From NCBI GenBank assembly GCA_029974925.1, contig JARKQH010000168.1, forward strand, positions 888 through 64,887: a stretch of 64,000 nt of DNA. The letters are read 5' to 3'. Below the pieces are notes generated by a model that saw only the letters and a program-made list of their open reading frames with translations, was not told the DNA's origin and did no database searches. This DNA is from Verrucomicrobiota bacterium (GTDB lineage Bacteria; Verrucomicrobiota; Verrucomicrobiia; Limisphaerales; UBA8199). A program made the translations under genes and the position numbers. This document shows, piece after piece, positions 7,822 through 16,662 of the stretch; the first letter of the stretch is position 1; every line of letters begins with the position of its first letter.

Positions 7822-10359
7822 ATGAACACCATCTCCAGTCCCTCGGCGCAGTCCGTCCCTTCAGGCTGCCTTTCTTGCAACCAAACCCTTCTTTCCCGGC
7901 TTTTGTTGTTGATCCTTGGGCTTGCCCTCCCGGGTTTGCCGACCGCCGGGCTGAGCGCCGATGGCGCCAATCTCTGGGGCTCGGACGGCATTAAGTTGGA
8001 CGAAGAGGTTAGCCCCCACTCTGTCTGGAACGGAGGAGTCGTTTCGGACGGCGACGGGGGTGCAATCGCGGTCTGGGTCCAAGCCCTTGACCTCACGCCT
8101 TCGACCTATAGTGCCATGCTGCGGGCGCAGAGAATCAATGCCAGTGGCAACAAGGTCTGGGCGGGGGGCGGCATCGGTTACTATGTCAGCAGCCGGGCCA
8201 CGTGCCACGACCCCGCCGTGGCCCCGGACGGAGCGGGTGGGCTGCTTGTCGCGTGGTGGACCGGCCAGTCGTTTGTGGACGGCATTTATGCCCAGCGGCT
8301 GAATGCCAGCGGCACGCCGCTTTGGGGTTCGTCGGATGTCAAAGTTGGAGTCTGGCTTGGCAACACTGGCGGTCCGCGGATCGTGCCTGACAACATCGGT
8401 GGCGCTTTCGTGGGTTGGGCGCACCGCCTGACTCACCTGCAACCCTCTGGGGCGCTGGATGCTCCGGGCCTGGAGGGCATCGAAATCATTCCTGGCACCG
8501 AGCAAAATACTTACAAAATGGTCAGTGATGGCACAGGCGGTTCGTTGCCCACGCCGGTCCCCGGTGGCATCTTTGCAGTCTGGTCCACCGCCGGCGGGCA
8601 GCTCGTCGCGCAGCGGGTCAAGGCCGGGCTTCAGTGGGGGCCTTCGGGCATGGTGGTCGCCACTCATGGCGGCATCGTGGGTTACGACCTCGCCCGGGAT
8701 GGCTCCGGCGGATTGCTCCTGTGCTGGGTCGCCACCGACGGAGCCCACCCGTACCGTTACACCGTTCGCGCGCAGCGATTGGACGTCAACGGAAACAAAC
8801 TTTGGGCCCCGGCCGGGGTCATCGTCCTTGATTCCGACGTGGTTGCCGGCAGTTATTCCGCGCCATACTACAGCGCCCCGGCGGTCACCGCCGACGGCGC
8901 GGGCGGCGCCATTGCCACCTGGCTTGACAACCGGAACTGGGGCGTGGTCAGCCCCCTTGGGCTCACCAACTACTACAGCGATCTTTACGCCCAGCGGGTG
9001 GACGCCGGGGGCGCCCGGGCTTGGACTCCTTCCGGAGTACTCCTCCCGCCTTATATTCTGGGACAGGGAGCACTCGGAGGCCAGGGCGAGCCCCGCATCG
9101 TCTCGGACACGCGCTACGGCGCGATGGTCGTTTATGACGACAACGGTGGCTGGAACTGGGACATCGCCGGCACTCGCCTGAATGCCAACGGCCTTAAATA
9201 CTGGTCCCAATGGATCCGTTGGGACGGCTCCTCGCCCTCCAACCCCGGCCTGCCGCAGCGTTCAGTTCAGACGGCATTCGATGCTTCCGGGGCGCTTCCA
9301 AAAGGTGCAGTACTGGTCTGGGACGAGAGCGAGGGGGGACATCACCGCGTTTATGCCCAAAAGGTGGAGCTCGACCTTAACGCCTCGCCAACCTTGGCGA
9401 ACGATGCCTGCACCGGCGCCATTCCCCTTACCGAAAATGTGTATTATGTCCAGAGCACGGCCAACGCCACCGATGACGGCTACTCGCCCTGCCTGGGGCG
9501 GACCCGGACCAAAGGCGTTTGGTTTGCCTACACGCCCACTCAGACCGGTACGGCGACGGTGGACACGTGCCCCAGCGACTTTGACAACAATCTGGAGGTC
9601 TTTGTCGGCGGTTGTGGGGGCCTGACCTCGATTGGCTGCAACGAGGACTCCTTCTCGTGCCCAAATTACTGGCAGGCCTCGTTCAGCTTTGCCTGCGTCG
9701 CTGGAACCACCTACCTCATCTATGCCGGCGGCTACAACGGCCAGTCCGGCAACCTCCAGATACGTGCCCGAACGAGCCAGACCCTTGCCAACGACTTCTG
9801 CAGCGGGGCGATTGCCCTGACGGAAAATGTATATCATGTCCAGAGCACCGCCAGTGCCACCGATGACGGCGATTCGGCCTGCCTGGGCCGCCCCCGGACC
9901 AAGGGCGTGTGGTTCACCTTCACCCCGCGTGCCAATGGCAAGGCCACCGTGGACACCTGCCCCAGCGATTTTGACACCAACCTCGAAGTGTTCACCGGCG
10001 GTTGTGGAGCCCTGACGTCGGTGGGTTGCAACGAGGACTCCTGGGGATGCTCGGCTTATTGGCAGGCCTTCCACACCTTCCCTTGCGCCGCCGGCACGAC
10101 TTACCTCATTTACGCCGGCGGTTACAATGGCCAGTCCGGCAACCTGCAAATCCGCGTGCGTATGCCCGTGCTCTACTGGCACCGTCACCCGAGCCATGTC
10201 CTCAACCTGTCCTGGGTGACGGGTTACATCCTCCAATCCGCTTCCTCGCTGACACCCGAGCGATGGACGGATGTCAGCGAGGGCGTCAATACCAATGGCC
10301 CAACTTGCAGCTTCTCGGCCTCCATGTCCGATAGCACACGTTATTTCCGCCTGCGCTGA
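7822..10359 (+). CDS. large secreted repeat protein: about 8 propeller-like repeats, 2 tandem Cys-rich PPC-like domains, and a YFRL C-terminal tail
   Basis: Signal-like LLLLILGLALPGLPTAGLSA. Recurring DG.GG.[IL].[AV]W ... YAQR[LVI]..[SG]G...W units. Two 130-aa copies of LAND.C.GAI.LTENVY.VQST..ATDDG..CLGR.RTKGVWF...CNEDS.... Ends ...STRYFRLR. Start at MNTISS (7822); the ORF opens with GTG at 7777. Confidence 0.8.
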   Translation: MNTISSPSAQSVPSGCLSCNQTLLSRLLLLILGLALPGLPTAGLSADGANLWGSDGIKLDEEVSPHSVWNGGVVSDGDGGAIAVWVQALDLTPSTYSAMLRAQRINASGNKVWAGGGIGYYVSSRATCHDPAVAPDGAGGLLVAWWTGQSFVDGIYAQRLNASGTPLWGSSDVKVGVWLGNTGGPRIVPDNIGGAFVGWAHRLTHLQPSGALDAPGLEGIEIIPGTEQNTYKMVSDGTGGSLPTPVPGGIFAVWSTAGGQLVAQRVKAGLQWGPSGMVVATHGGIVGYDLARDGSGGLLLCWVATDGAHPYRYTVRAQRLDVNGNKLWAPAGVIVLDSDVVAGSYSAPYYSAPAVTADGAGGAIATWLDNRNWGVVSPLGLTNYYSDLYAQRVDAGGARAWTPSGVLLPPYILGQGALGGQGEPRIVSDTRYGAMVVYDDNGGWNWDIAGTRLNANGLKYWSQWIRWDGSSPSNPGLPQRSVQTAFDASGALPKGAVLVWDESEGGHHRVYAQKVELDLNASPTLANDACTGAIPLTENVYYVQSTANATDDGYSPCLGRTRTKGVWFAYTPTQTGTATVDTCPSDFDNNLEVFVGGCGGLTSIGCNEDSFSCPNYWQASFSFACVAGTTYLIYAGGYNGQSGNLQIRARTSQTLANDFCSGAIALTENVYHVQSTASATDDGDSACLGRPRTKGVWFTFTPRANGKATVDTCPSDFDTNLEVFTGGCGALTSVGCNEDSWGCSAYWQAFHTFPCAAGTTYLIYAGGYNGQSGNLQIRVRMPVLYWHRHPSHVLNLSWVTGYILQSASSLTPERWTDVSEGVNTNGPTCSFSASMSDSTRYFRLR
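9394..10167 (+). repeat. tandem 2 x 390-bp in-frame coding duplication (Cys-rich PPC-like domain)
   Basis: Residues 540-667 and 670-797 (ORF-track numbering from 7777) align colinearly. Similarity is visible at DNA level, e.g. 9412 onward against 9802 onward. Confidence 0.85.
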
Positions 10360-10370
10360 CACCAAGCGCG

Positions 10371-11483
10371 TCACCAACGCTCGACTGGCCCTTTGGGAAC
10401 CGGCAGGGCCTGGCCGGCGACGGTGCCGGCCTCGTGCATAAAGGAAGGGGTCAACGGCAGCGGACGGAAGCGGGGTTTGAGTTCACCGTTTTCGTCGAGA
10501 AACTGGGCGCGCCACTGCCGGTAGGCTGTGAGAATTTCATCGAACTGCAGCCGGCTCGACAACAGCACCACCCGCCGGTTGAACTCGCTGGCCGGGCCAA
10601 ACCGTTTCGCATACCACGGCGCAATCTTCCGAAACATGCGGCAGCCCTGTTCCTCGCCGAACACTTCAACCATCCGATCCAAGTGTCGGCACATCACCCG
10701 CACCCGCTCCTCGAATCCCGGTTCAGGTGGCACCTCGCCCGTGGCCAGGTATCGGGCCGTGTGCTGAAAAATCCAGGGATTGTAAAAAGCCCCGCGGCCA
10801 ATGCTGACCCCTGCACAGCCCGTTTCCTCCAACATGCGCCGCGCCGCCTCCGGCGTCGTCACATCGCCATTCCCGATTACCGGGATGCGCCGCACCGCCT
10901 CGACCACCGCCCGTATCCCCGCCAGGTTCACCCGGCCGCCAAAACCCTGCGCGCGTGTTCGACCATGGACAAAGACCGCCGCCACCCCGGCGTCCTCGAG
11001 TGCCCGCGCCAGGTCGGGCGCGGTCAGGTTGGCCTCGTCCCACCCCAGCCGCATTTTGGCCGTCACGGGAATCCGCACCGCCTGCACCATCCCTTGCACC
11101 AGCCGGGCGGTCCTCTGCAACTGCGTCATCATCGCCGATCCGCCCCCCACCTGGCACACCTTGCGCACCGGACACCCCATGTTGATGTCCACCGCAGCCA
11201 TTCCAAGCGTTTCGACCATTTGCGCGGCATCCCGCATTTCCTCGGGGACAGAGCCAAACAACTGGACGGCCAGCGGTTGATCCCCTGGGGCGGTTTCGAT
11301 GAGCTTGAGTGCCTTGGCCTTCTTCTCGAGCAACGACCTCGCATTGACCAGGTCGGTTGTTGCCAGCCCGAGCCCTCCCAACTCCCGCACCGTCAGCCGG
11401 AAGGGCAGGTTGGTGTAACCTGCCAGCGGCGACAGAAACAGGTTGGAGGATAATGTCAACGACCCGAGACGCATCGGCGCCAT
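10371..11483 (-). CDS. dusB: tRNA-dihydrouridine synthase
   Basis: Dus TIM-barrel motifs LSPLAGYTNLPFR, VDINMGCP and AVFVHGRT, with a C-terminal helical domain. Start at MAPMRLGS (11483). Assignment to the DusB subfamily is tentative. Confidence 0.8.
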   Translation of the reverse strand: MAPMRLGSLTLSSNLFLSPLAGYTNLPFRLTVRELGGLGLATTDLVNARSLLEKKAKALKLIETAPGDQPLAVQLFGSVPEEMRDAAQMVETLGMAAVDINMGCPVRKVCQVGGGSAMMTQLQRTARLVQGMVQAVRIPVTAKMRLGWDEANLTAPDLARALEDAGVAAVFVHGRTRAQGFGGRVNLAGIRAVVEAVRRIPVIGNGDVTTPEAARRMLEETGCAGVSIGRGAFYNPWIFQHTARYLATGEVPPEPGFEERVRVMCRHLDRMVEVFGEEQGCRMFRKIAPWYAKRFGPASEFNRRVVLLSSRLQFDEILTAYRQWRAQFLDENGELKPRFRPLPLTPSFMHEAGTVAGQALPVPKGPVERW

Positions 11484-11565
11484 GATACAATCCCACCCGG
11501 CATTCAAACAAGGCGCCGAAGGCCAACCTTGAAACTCTGCCCACCGCCCCCCTCCGGGGTGGTTC

Positions 11566-12558
11566 TCACGTCATGCTGGGAACGGGCAGGTCGGTAACCA
11601 GCAGCAGCCCGGGGTTGGCCCGCAGGAGTCGTGGCGCGGTGTTCACGAGCGCGGCAACCGTGGCTTGATCGCCCGCGACCCCGCCCGCGAGAACCAGGTC
11701 CAAGGCTGGATCACCCTCGATCTGAACCGCGTCGTGCGGATCGGGCGCGTCGAGGTACATTCTCAGGTCGAGCGTGAGACGGACCTTCCCGTTCACTTTG
11801 ACCTTGGCATGCTGGTGCAGTCCACAGGTCTGGCCTTTGCGAACCGTGACATGCTGAGTCTGGATGTCATGGTCAGCAATCACGGCGTCCCCCGTCTCAG
11901 TAATCGTCTCAGGTTTCCAGCCCAGGCAGTGCGCCAGCAGCGCCGCGGATTCCTTCAGCCCCGCGTGACCCGCCTTGCCCGCGCGGAACAGGCGGCGGAA
12001 CTCACGCGGCGGGAGGCCACTGCCGATCTTCCGCTGAAGGGGACCGCGCCGCGTCGAAGCGTTCACCACCCGTTGCACATGGATGGCGCGAACCTCGCGG
12101 CAGACTCCCGTCAGACAAACCGGCAGCAGGTCCATGACAAAGCCGGGATTCACACCGGTGGCAACCACGCGCGCCTGGTTGCGCCGGCAGACGGCGTCCA
12201 AGCGCGCCGCCAGCCGTGGCTCCCGGAGCTTTGGAAAAAGCAGCTCCTCGCAGGACGACACCACGCTGATGCCTTGCCGCGCCAGGGGTTCGATCTGGGC
12301 GCAGGCGTCGTTGAGCCTGGAAACGGCCGTGTGAAAAACCAAATCGGGTTTCGCGTGCGCCAGCAGCTCGCGCAGCGAACCGTAAACCTTGCGGCCTTTG
12401 AGGTCCGGGACTTGGGTCAGGTCGCCCAGGTCCCGGCCGATCTTGGCCGGGTCAATATCAATCGCGCCGACAATCCGCGCCCACGGTTTTGCGGCGGCGA
12501 GTCTGAGGGTTTCCAGACCGATGGGGCCGAGACCAAACTGGGCAAGGGAAATCTTCAT
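11566..12558 (-). CDS. DapB-like NAD(P)-binding amine dehydrogenase family protein (2,4-diaminopentanoate dehydrogenase-like)
   Basis: N-terminal Rossmann FGLGPIG, the VATGVNPGF signature, and about 330 aa. Family recalled from memory; substrate unknown. Confidence 0.6.
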   Translation of the reverse strand: MKISLAQFGLGPIGLETLRLAAAKPWARIVGAIDIDPAKIGRDLGDLTQVPDLKGRKVYGSLRELLAHAKPDLVFHTAVSRLNDACAQIEPLARQGISVVSSCEELLFPKLREPRLAARLDAVCRRNQARVVATGVNPGFVMDLLPVCLTGVCREVRAIHVQRVVNASTRRGPLQRKIGSGLPPREFRRLFRAGKAGHAGLKESAALLAHCLGWKPETITETGDAVIADHDIQTQHVTVRKGQTCGLHQHAKVKVNGKVRLTLDLRMYLDAPDPHDAVQIEGDPALDLVLAGGVAGDQATVAALVNTAPRLLRANPGLLLVTDLPVPSMT

Positions 12559-12585
12559 GGCAGCTTCAAAGGGGTGCAGGCGAGA

Positions 12586-13566
12586 CTACGGTTGCGCTTT
12601 GCGAATCACCTCCGACAACTTCACGGGCTCGCCGTTTCTCGCCTTGCTGGCATCGGCGGCTTCCATGAAGGCGAAAATCTCAATGGTTTCCTCGGCTGAA
12701 ACGGGCGGCTGGCCGGTCTTGAAGAACTTCATGATTTCCACCAACAACGGCGCATAGCCGTCGAAGGAACCAATCGCCGCCTGCCCGTTCTCCCCCCTGG
12801 CCAGGCCGCGGAATTTGGGGTCTTCGCGGTAGATGCCCTTGCGGCCGCCGGGCCACAGGCCAATGACCTCGATCTTGCCGTCCTGGGTGACGCCGCGCTG
12901 CACGGACTCGCAGCCGGGGCCCATCACCGTGAACAACGCCTCCACCCCGTGGATGCCATACCAGAACAAATCCGGATGATGCGGTTCGAGCGAGCAGGGG
13001 CCGTAGGTTTCGGCATGGGTGACTTTGCCGATTGAACCGTTCCTCACCTCCTGCGTGTTCTTGGCAAACCGCAGGGCGCTCGAGCTGAAGACCGGCACCT
13101 TGGCTTCCTTGGCCAGCCGGAAAATCTCCAGCACGTCCCGCAGCGACCCGGCCATGGGTTTGTCAATGAACACGGTTTTGCCCGCCTTCAACACGGGCTT
13201 GACCTGTTCGAGGTGGGGCCGGCCGTCCACGCTCTCCAGCAGTACCACATCCACGTTCTCCACCAGTTCCTCGATCGAATCGTAGAACCGGACGCCGAAC
13301 TTCTCCTGGAGGGTCTTCGCGTAGCCGTCCACGCGCGTGATGCTGTCCGGAATGTCGGCGCTGCCGCCTTTGAACGCGGCCACGACCTTCCCCCCCGGAA
13401 CATGGTTCCTGGCATCGGGACGGTTCAGCGTTTCGGTGAAGGCGGTTGCATGGGAGGTGTCGCAACCGATGATGCCGATGCGAAGATCAGCGGCGAGGGC
13501 GGCAGTGGCGGCGCCCAGGACGGCCGCCAGCGCCACGGACTTTGTCAGGGCAGATGCGGAACTCAT
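12586..13566 (-). CDS. secreted Gfo/Idh/MocA-family oxidoreductase
   Basis: Signal-like KSVALAAVLGAATAALA, then IGIIGCDTSHA...VDVVLLESVDGRPH...GKTVFIDKP. Confidence 0.8.
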   Translation of the reverse strand: MSSASALTKSVALAAVLGAATAALAADLRIGIIGCDTSHATAFTETLNRPDARNHVPGGKVVAAFKGGSADIPDSITRVDGYAKTLQEKFGVRFYDSIEELVENVDVVLLESVDGRPHLEQVKPVLKAGKTVFIDKPMAGSLRDVLEIFRLAKEAKVPVFSSSALRFAKNTQEVRNGSIGKVTHAETYGPCSLEPHHPDLFWYGIHGVEALFTVMGPGCESVQRGVTQDGKIEVIGLWPGGRKGIYREDPKFRGLARGENGQAAIGSFDGYAPLLVEIMKFFKTGQPPVSAEETIEIFAFMEAADASKARNGEPVKLSEVIRKAQP

Positions 13567-13638
13567 AATAATAACTGGGGGATTATAGGAGGCGGGGCGG
13601 CGGGCGCAAACGAAATGAAATTCATTGACGTTATTTTC

Positions 13639-13667
13639 TTGAAATGATCATGGAGCAACGCTAAACT
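13639..13667 (+). promoter_or_regulatory. candidate sigma70-like promoter for lat (TTGAAA, 17 nt spacer, TAAACT)
   Basis: Hexamers at 13639-13644 and 13662-13667 in an AT-rich divergent intergenic region. The palindrome AATGAA-A-TTCATT lies just upstream at 13614-13626. Confidence 0.35.
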
Positions 13668-13688
13668 TCCCCACAAACCCGGCACGTT

Positions 13689-15065
13689 ATGCATTGCAAA
13701 ACCAATGGCGCGGATGGACCGAACCCCGGACCCCCAGCCGGCGTTCCGATGCCACCACAAGCCGTCCTGCCGGAACTGGAGCGGCATATCCTCCTGGATG
13801 GCTTCAAGCTGGTGTTCGATCCCGACGCAAGCCACGGCTCCGTGTTTGTGGATGCCGTCAGCGGTCGGGAGTTTCTGGATTTTTACGGCTTTTACGCTTC
13901 GCAGCCCATTGGGTTCAACCACCCGCACTTCGACCTGCCGGAGGTGAGGGCGGATTTGGAGCGGGCGGCGCGGGTGAAGGTTGCCAACGCCGATGTCTAT
14001 ACGGTGCAGTATGCGGAGTTTGTCCGAACTTTCCGCCGCGTGATGGGGCTCCCACCCCTCGAACGCTACTTCTTCATCGAAGGGGGGGCGCTGGCGGTCG
14101 AAAACGCGCTCAAGGCCGCCATGGACTGGAAGGTCCGCAAAAACCTGGCTGCGGGACGCGGCGAGCGGGGAACGGAAATCATCCACTTTGAGCGCGCCTT
14201 TCATGGGCGAACCGGCTACACTTTGAGCCTGACAAATACCGACCCGCGAAAGATCGCCTACTTTCCCAAGTTCCCCTGGCCACGCATCCCCGCCCCGGCG
14301 CTGGACTTTGCGCTCCCGGCCGCCGAGCGCCTTCGCGCCGTGATGGAAAAAGAGCGGCTGGCCGAGGCGCAAATCCGGGACGTCCTGCGCCGGAAGGCGG
14401 ACGACATCGCGGCGGTCATCATCGAGCCCATCCAAGGCGAAGGCGGGGACAACCATTTCCGGGGCGAGTTCCTGCAGACCCTGCGGCAAATCTGCGACGA
14501 GAACGAGATTCTCCTCATCTATGACGAGGTGCAATCGGGCATGGGGATAACCGGCAGAAATTGGTGCTGTGAGCATTTTGGCGTGCTGCCAGACCTCCTG
14601 GCCTTTGGGAAAAAGTCGCAGGTTTGCGGCGTCATGGCGGGGCCGCGGCTCGATGAGGTTAGAGACAACTGCTTTCGTTTGCCGGGTCGGATCAGCTCCA
14701 CTTGGGGAGGCAATTTCACCGACTTCGTCCGTTCGACGCACTACCTCCGGGTCATCGAGCAGGAGCACCTGGTCGAGAATGCGGCCATCCAGGGAGCGAG
14801 GCTGCTCAGCGGACTGGAGGAGCTGGCCCGGAAGTATCCGCTGCTGAGCGCGGTTCGTGGCCGTGGCCTGATGATTGGATTTGACCTGCCGAACGCCAGC
14901 GTGCGCGACGCCTTCTGGAAAGGGGCCTACGACCTGGGGCTGTTGGTCGTGCGCTCCGGCGAGCGCTCCATTCGGCTGCGTCCGGTGCTGGACCTTCAAC
15001 CCGGCGTGGTCCGTTCGGCTCTGGAGATATTAGACCGGTTGTGTGCCCGGCTCAGCCGACCATGA
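13689..15065 (+). CDS. lat: L-lysine 6-transaminase (class III aminotransferase)
   Basis: N-terminal HILLDGFKLVFDPDASHGSVFVDAVSGREFLDFYGFYASQPIGFNHP matches the LAT family as I remember it. The PLP region is IYDEVQSGMGITG. An alternative start is at 13749. Confidence 0.85.
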   Translation: MHCKTNGADGPNPGPPAGVPMPPQAVLPELERHILLDGFKLVFDPDASHGSVFVDAVSGREFLDFYGFYASQPIGFNHPHFDLPEVRADLERAARVKVANADVYTVQYAEFVRTFRRVMGLPPLERYFFIEGGALAVENALKAAMDWKVRKNLAAGRGERGTEIIHFERAFHGRTGYTLSLTNTDPRKIAYFPKFPWPRIPAPALDFALPAAERLRAVMEKERLAEAQIRDVLRRKADDIAAVIIEPIQGEGGDNHFRGEFLQTLRQICDENEILLIYDEVQSGMGITGRNWCCEHFGVLPDLLAFGKKSQVCGVMAGPRLDEVRDNCFRLPGRISSTWGGNFTDFVRSTHYLRVIEQEHLVENAAIQGARLLSGLEELARKYPLLSAVRGRGLMIGFDLPNASVRDAFWKGAYDLGLLVVRSGERSIRLRPVLDLQPGVVRSALEILDRLCARLSRP

Positions 15066-15081
15066 AAACCCAGGCAGGCAA

Positions 15082-16662
15082 ATGAATATGCGTAAACGTA
15101 AACTCAAGCCTCCTTCCCGATGGTCCGCCGTTCAGATGGCGGCCGCCCGCACCCTCGCGCGCCTGGGGTTGAAGCCCGACAATCCCGGGGCTTTCTGCGG
15201 CGAATGGCTCGGAACCGGAAAGGCGCTGCCCAGCATTTCACCGATTGACGGACGGAGGCTGGCGGTGGTGCGAACCACCACGCCGAGCGAGTATGAGAAA
15301 GTGCTGGACCGCGCCGCCCGGGCGTTTCAGGCATGGCGGGAGGTCCCCGCTCCGCGTCGAGGAGAGGTGATTCGGCAGTTGGGCAACGCCCTGCGCGAGG
15401 CGAAAGAGGACCTGGGGCGGTTGGTCTCGATCGAGGCGGGCAAAATCATCGCTGAAGGGCAGGGGGAAGTGCAGGAGATGATTGACATTTGTGATTTCGC
15501 CGTGGGGCTGTCGCGGCAATTGTATGGCTTGACGATTGCTTCCGAACGGCCACGGCATCGGATGATGGAGCAATGGCATCCCCTGGGCGTCGTGGGCGTC
15601 ATCACCGCGTTTAATTTTCCGGTGGCCGTGTGGGCCTGGAACTGTGCCCTCGCGACGGTCTGTGGGGATGCCACGGTCTGGAAACCCTCGAGCCAGACGC
15701 CCCTGACCGCTCTGGCGACGATTCGGATTGCCGAGCGCGTCTGCCGTCGAAACCAGGTTGACCCGGCGATTTTCAGCCTCGCCATCGGGGACGGGACAAC
15801 CGTCGGCGAACGCCTTATTAACGACCATCGCGTGGCGCTGATTTCCGCCGCCGGCTCGACTCGCATGGGGAGGCATGTCAGTGAGGCGGTGGCCCGGCGA
15901 TTGGGGCGGTCGCTCCTCGAGCTGGGTGGCAATAACGCGGTGATCGTTACGCCCAGCGCGGATTTGGACCTGGCCGTGCGGGCGATCCTCTTTGGGGCCG
16001 TCGGGACGGCGGGGCAGCGCTGCACGACCACCCGGCGCCTGTTGGTGCATGACCAGGTTCGCGAGGAACTTCTGCGACGGTTGATTGCCGCTTATCAGCA
16101 GGTGAGAATTGGCAATCCTCTCGAGCCCGGGGTGCTTATGGGGCCCCTGATCAACCGGCAGGCCGTTGGGGAAATGCAGGCTGCCCTGCGCGCGCTGCGG
16201 GACCAAGGCGGCCGGGTGCTTTACGGGGGCGAGCCGCTGCGCGGGCCGCGATTCCCCGGGGGGCGTTATGTTCGACCCTGCATCGCCGCCGCGCGCCACG
16301 ACTTCAAAATTGTGCAGGAAGAAACCTTCGCGCCCATCCTGTATGTCATCTCTTACGAAACACTGGACGAGGCGCTGGCGCGGCATAACGAAGTTCCCCA
16401 GGGACTGAGCTCCGCCATCTTCACCAACGACTTGCGCGAGGCCGAGCAGTTCCTTTCGGCATGCGGGAGCGACTGCGGCATCGCCAACGTGAATCTTGGA
16501 ACCAGCGGCGCCGAAATCGGGGGCGCCTTTGGCGGGGAAAAGGAAACGGGGGGCGGGCGCGAGAGTGGCAGCGACGCGTGGAAGGCCTACATGCGGCGGC
16601 AGACCGTCACCGTCAATTACTCCCGAGCCCTGCCTTTGGCCCAAGGCATTGTTTTCGGCTGA
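15082..16662 (+). CDS. pcd: ALDH7-type alpha-aminoadipic semialdehyde / piperideine-6-carboxylate dehydrogenase
   Basis: ALDH7-like GEVQEMIDICDFAVGLSRQLYG, ELGGNNA and a catalytic GQRCTT region. It lies directly downstream of lat. Confidence 0.85.
   Translation: MNMRKRKLKPPSRWSAVQMAAARTLARLGLKPDNPGAFCGEWLGTGKALPSISPIDGRRLAVVRTTTPSEYEKVLDRAARAFQAWREVPAPRRGEVIRQLGNALREAKEDLGRLVSIEAGKIIAEGQGEVQEMIDICDFAVGLSRQLYGLTIASERPRHRMMEQWHPLGVVGVITAFNFPVAVWAWNCALATVCGDATVWKPSSQTPLTALATIRIAERVCRRNQVDPAIFSLAIGDGTTVGERLINDHRVALISAAGSTRMGRHVSEAVARRLGRSLLELGGNNAVIVTPSADLDLAVRAILFGAVGTAGQRCTTTRRLLVHDQVREELLRRLIAAYQQVRIGNPLEPGVLMGPLINRQAVGEMQAALRALRDQGGRVLYGGEPLRGPRFPGGRYVRPCIAAARHDFKIVQEETFAPILYVISYETLDEALARHNEVPQGLSSAIFTNDLREAEQFLSACGSDCGIANVNLGTSGAEIGGAFGGEKETGGGRESGSDAWKAYMRRQTVTVNYSRALPLAQGIVFG

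Noticed and set aside
7581-7994. 137-aa plus-strand ORF in the long intergenic region, overlapping the start of the repeat-protein gene.
   Set aside because: Arg/Pro-rich with no motifs, and out of frame with the well-supported downstream gene. It is more likely non-coding leader sequence.
9394-10167. Tandem repeat that could superficially suggest a repeat array or CRISPR-like structure.
   Set aside because: There are only two 390-bp units. They are in frame within a long ORF and encode a folded Cys-rich domain. There is no short repeat/spacer architecture and there are no cas genes.
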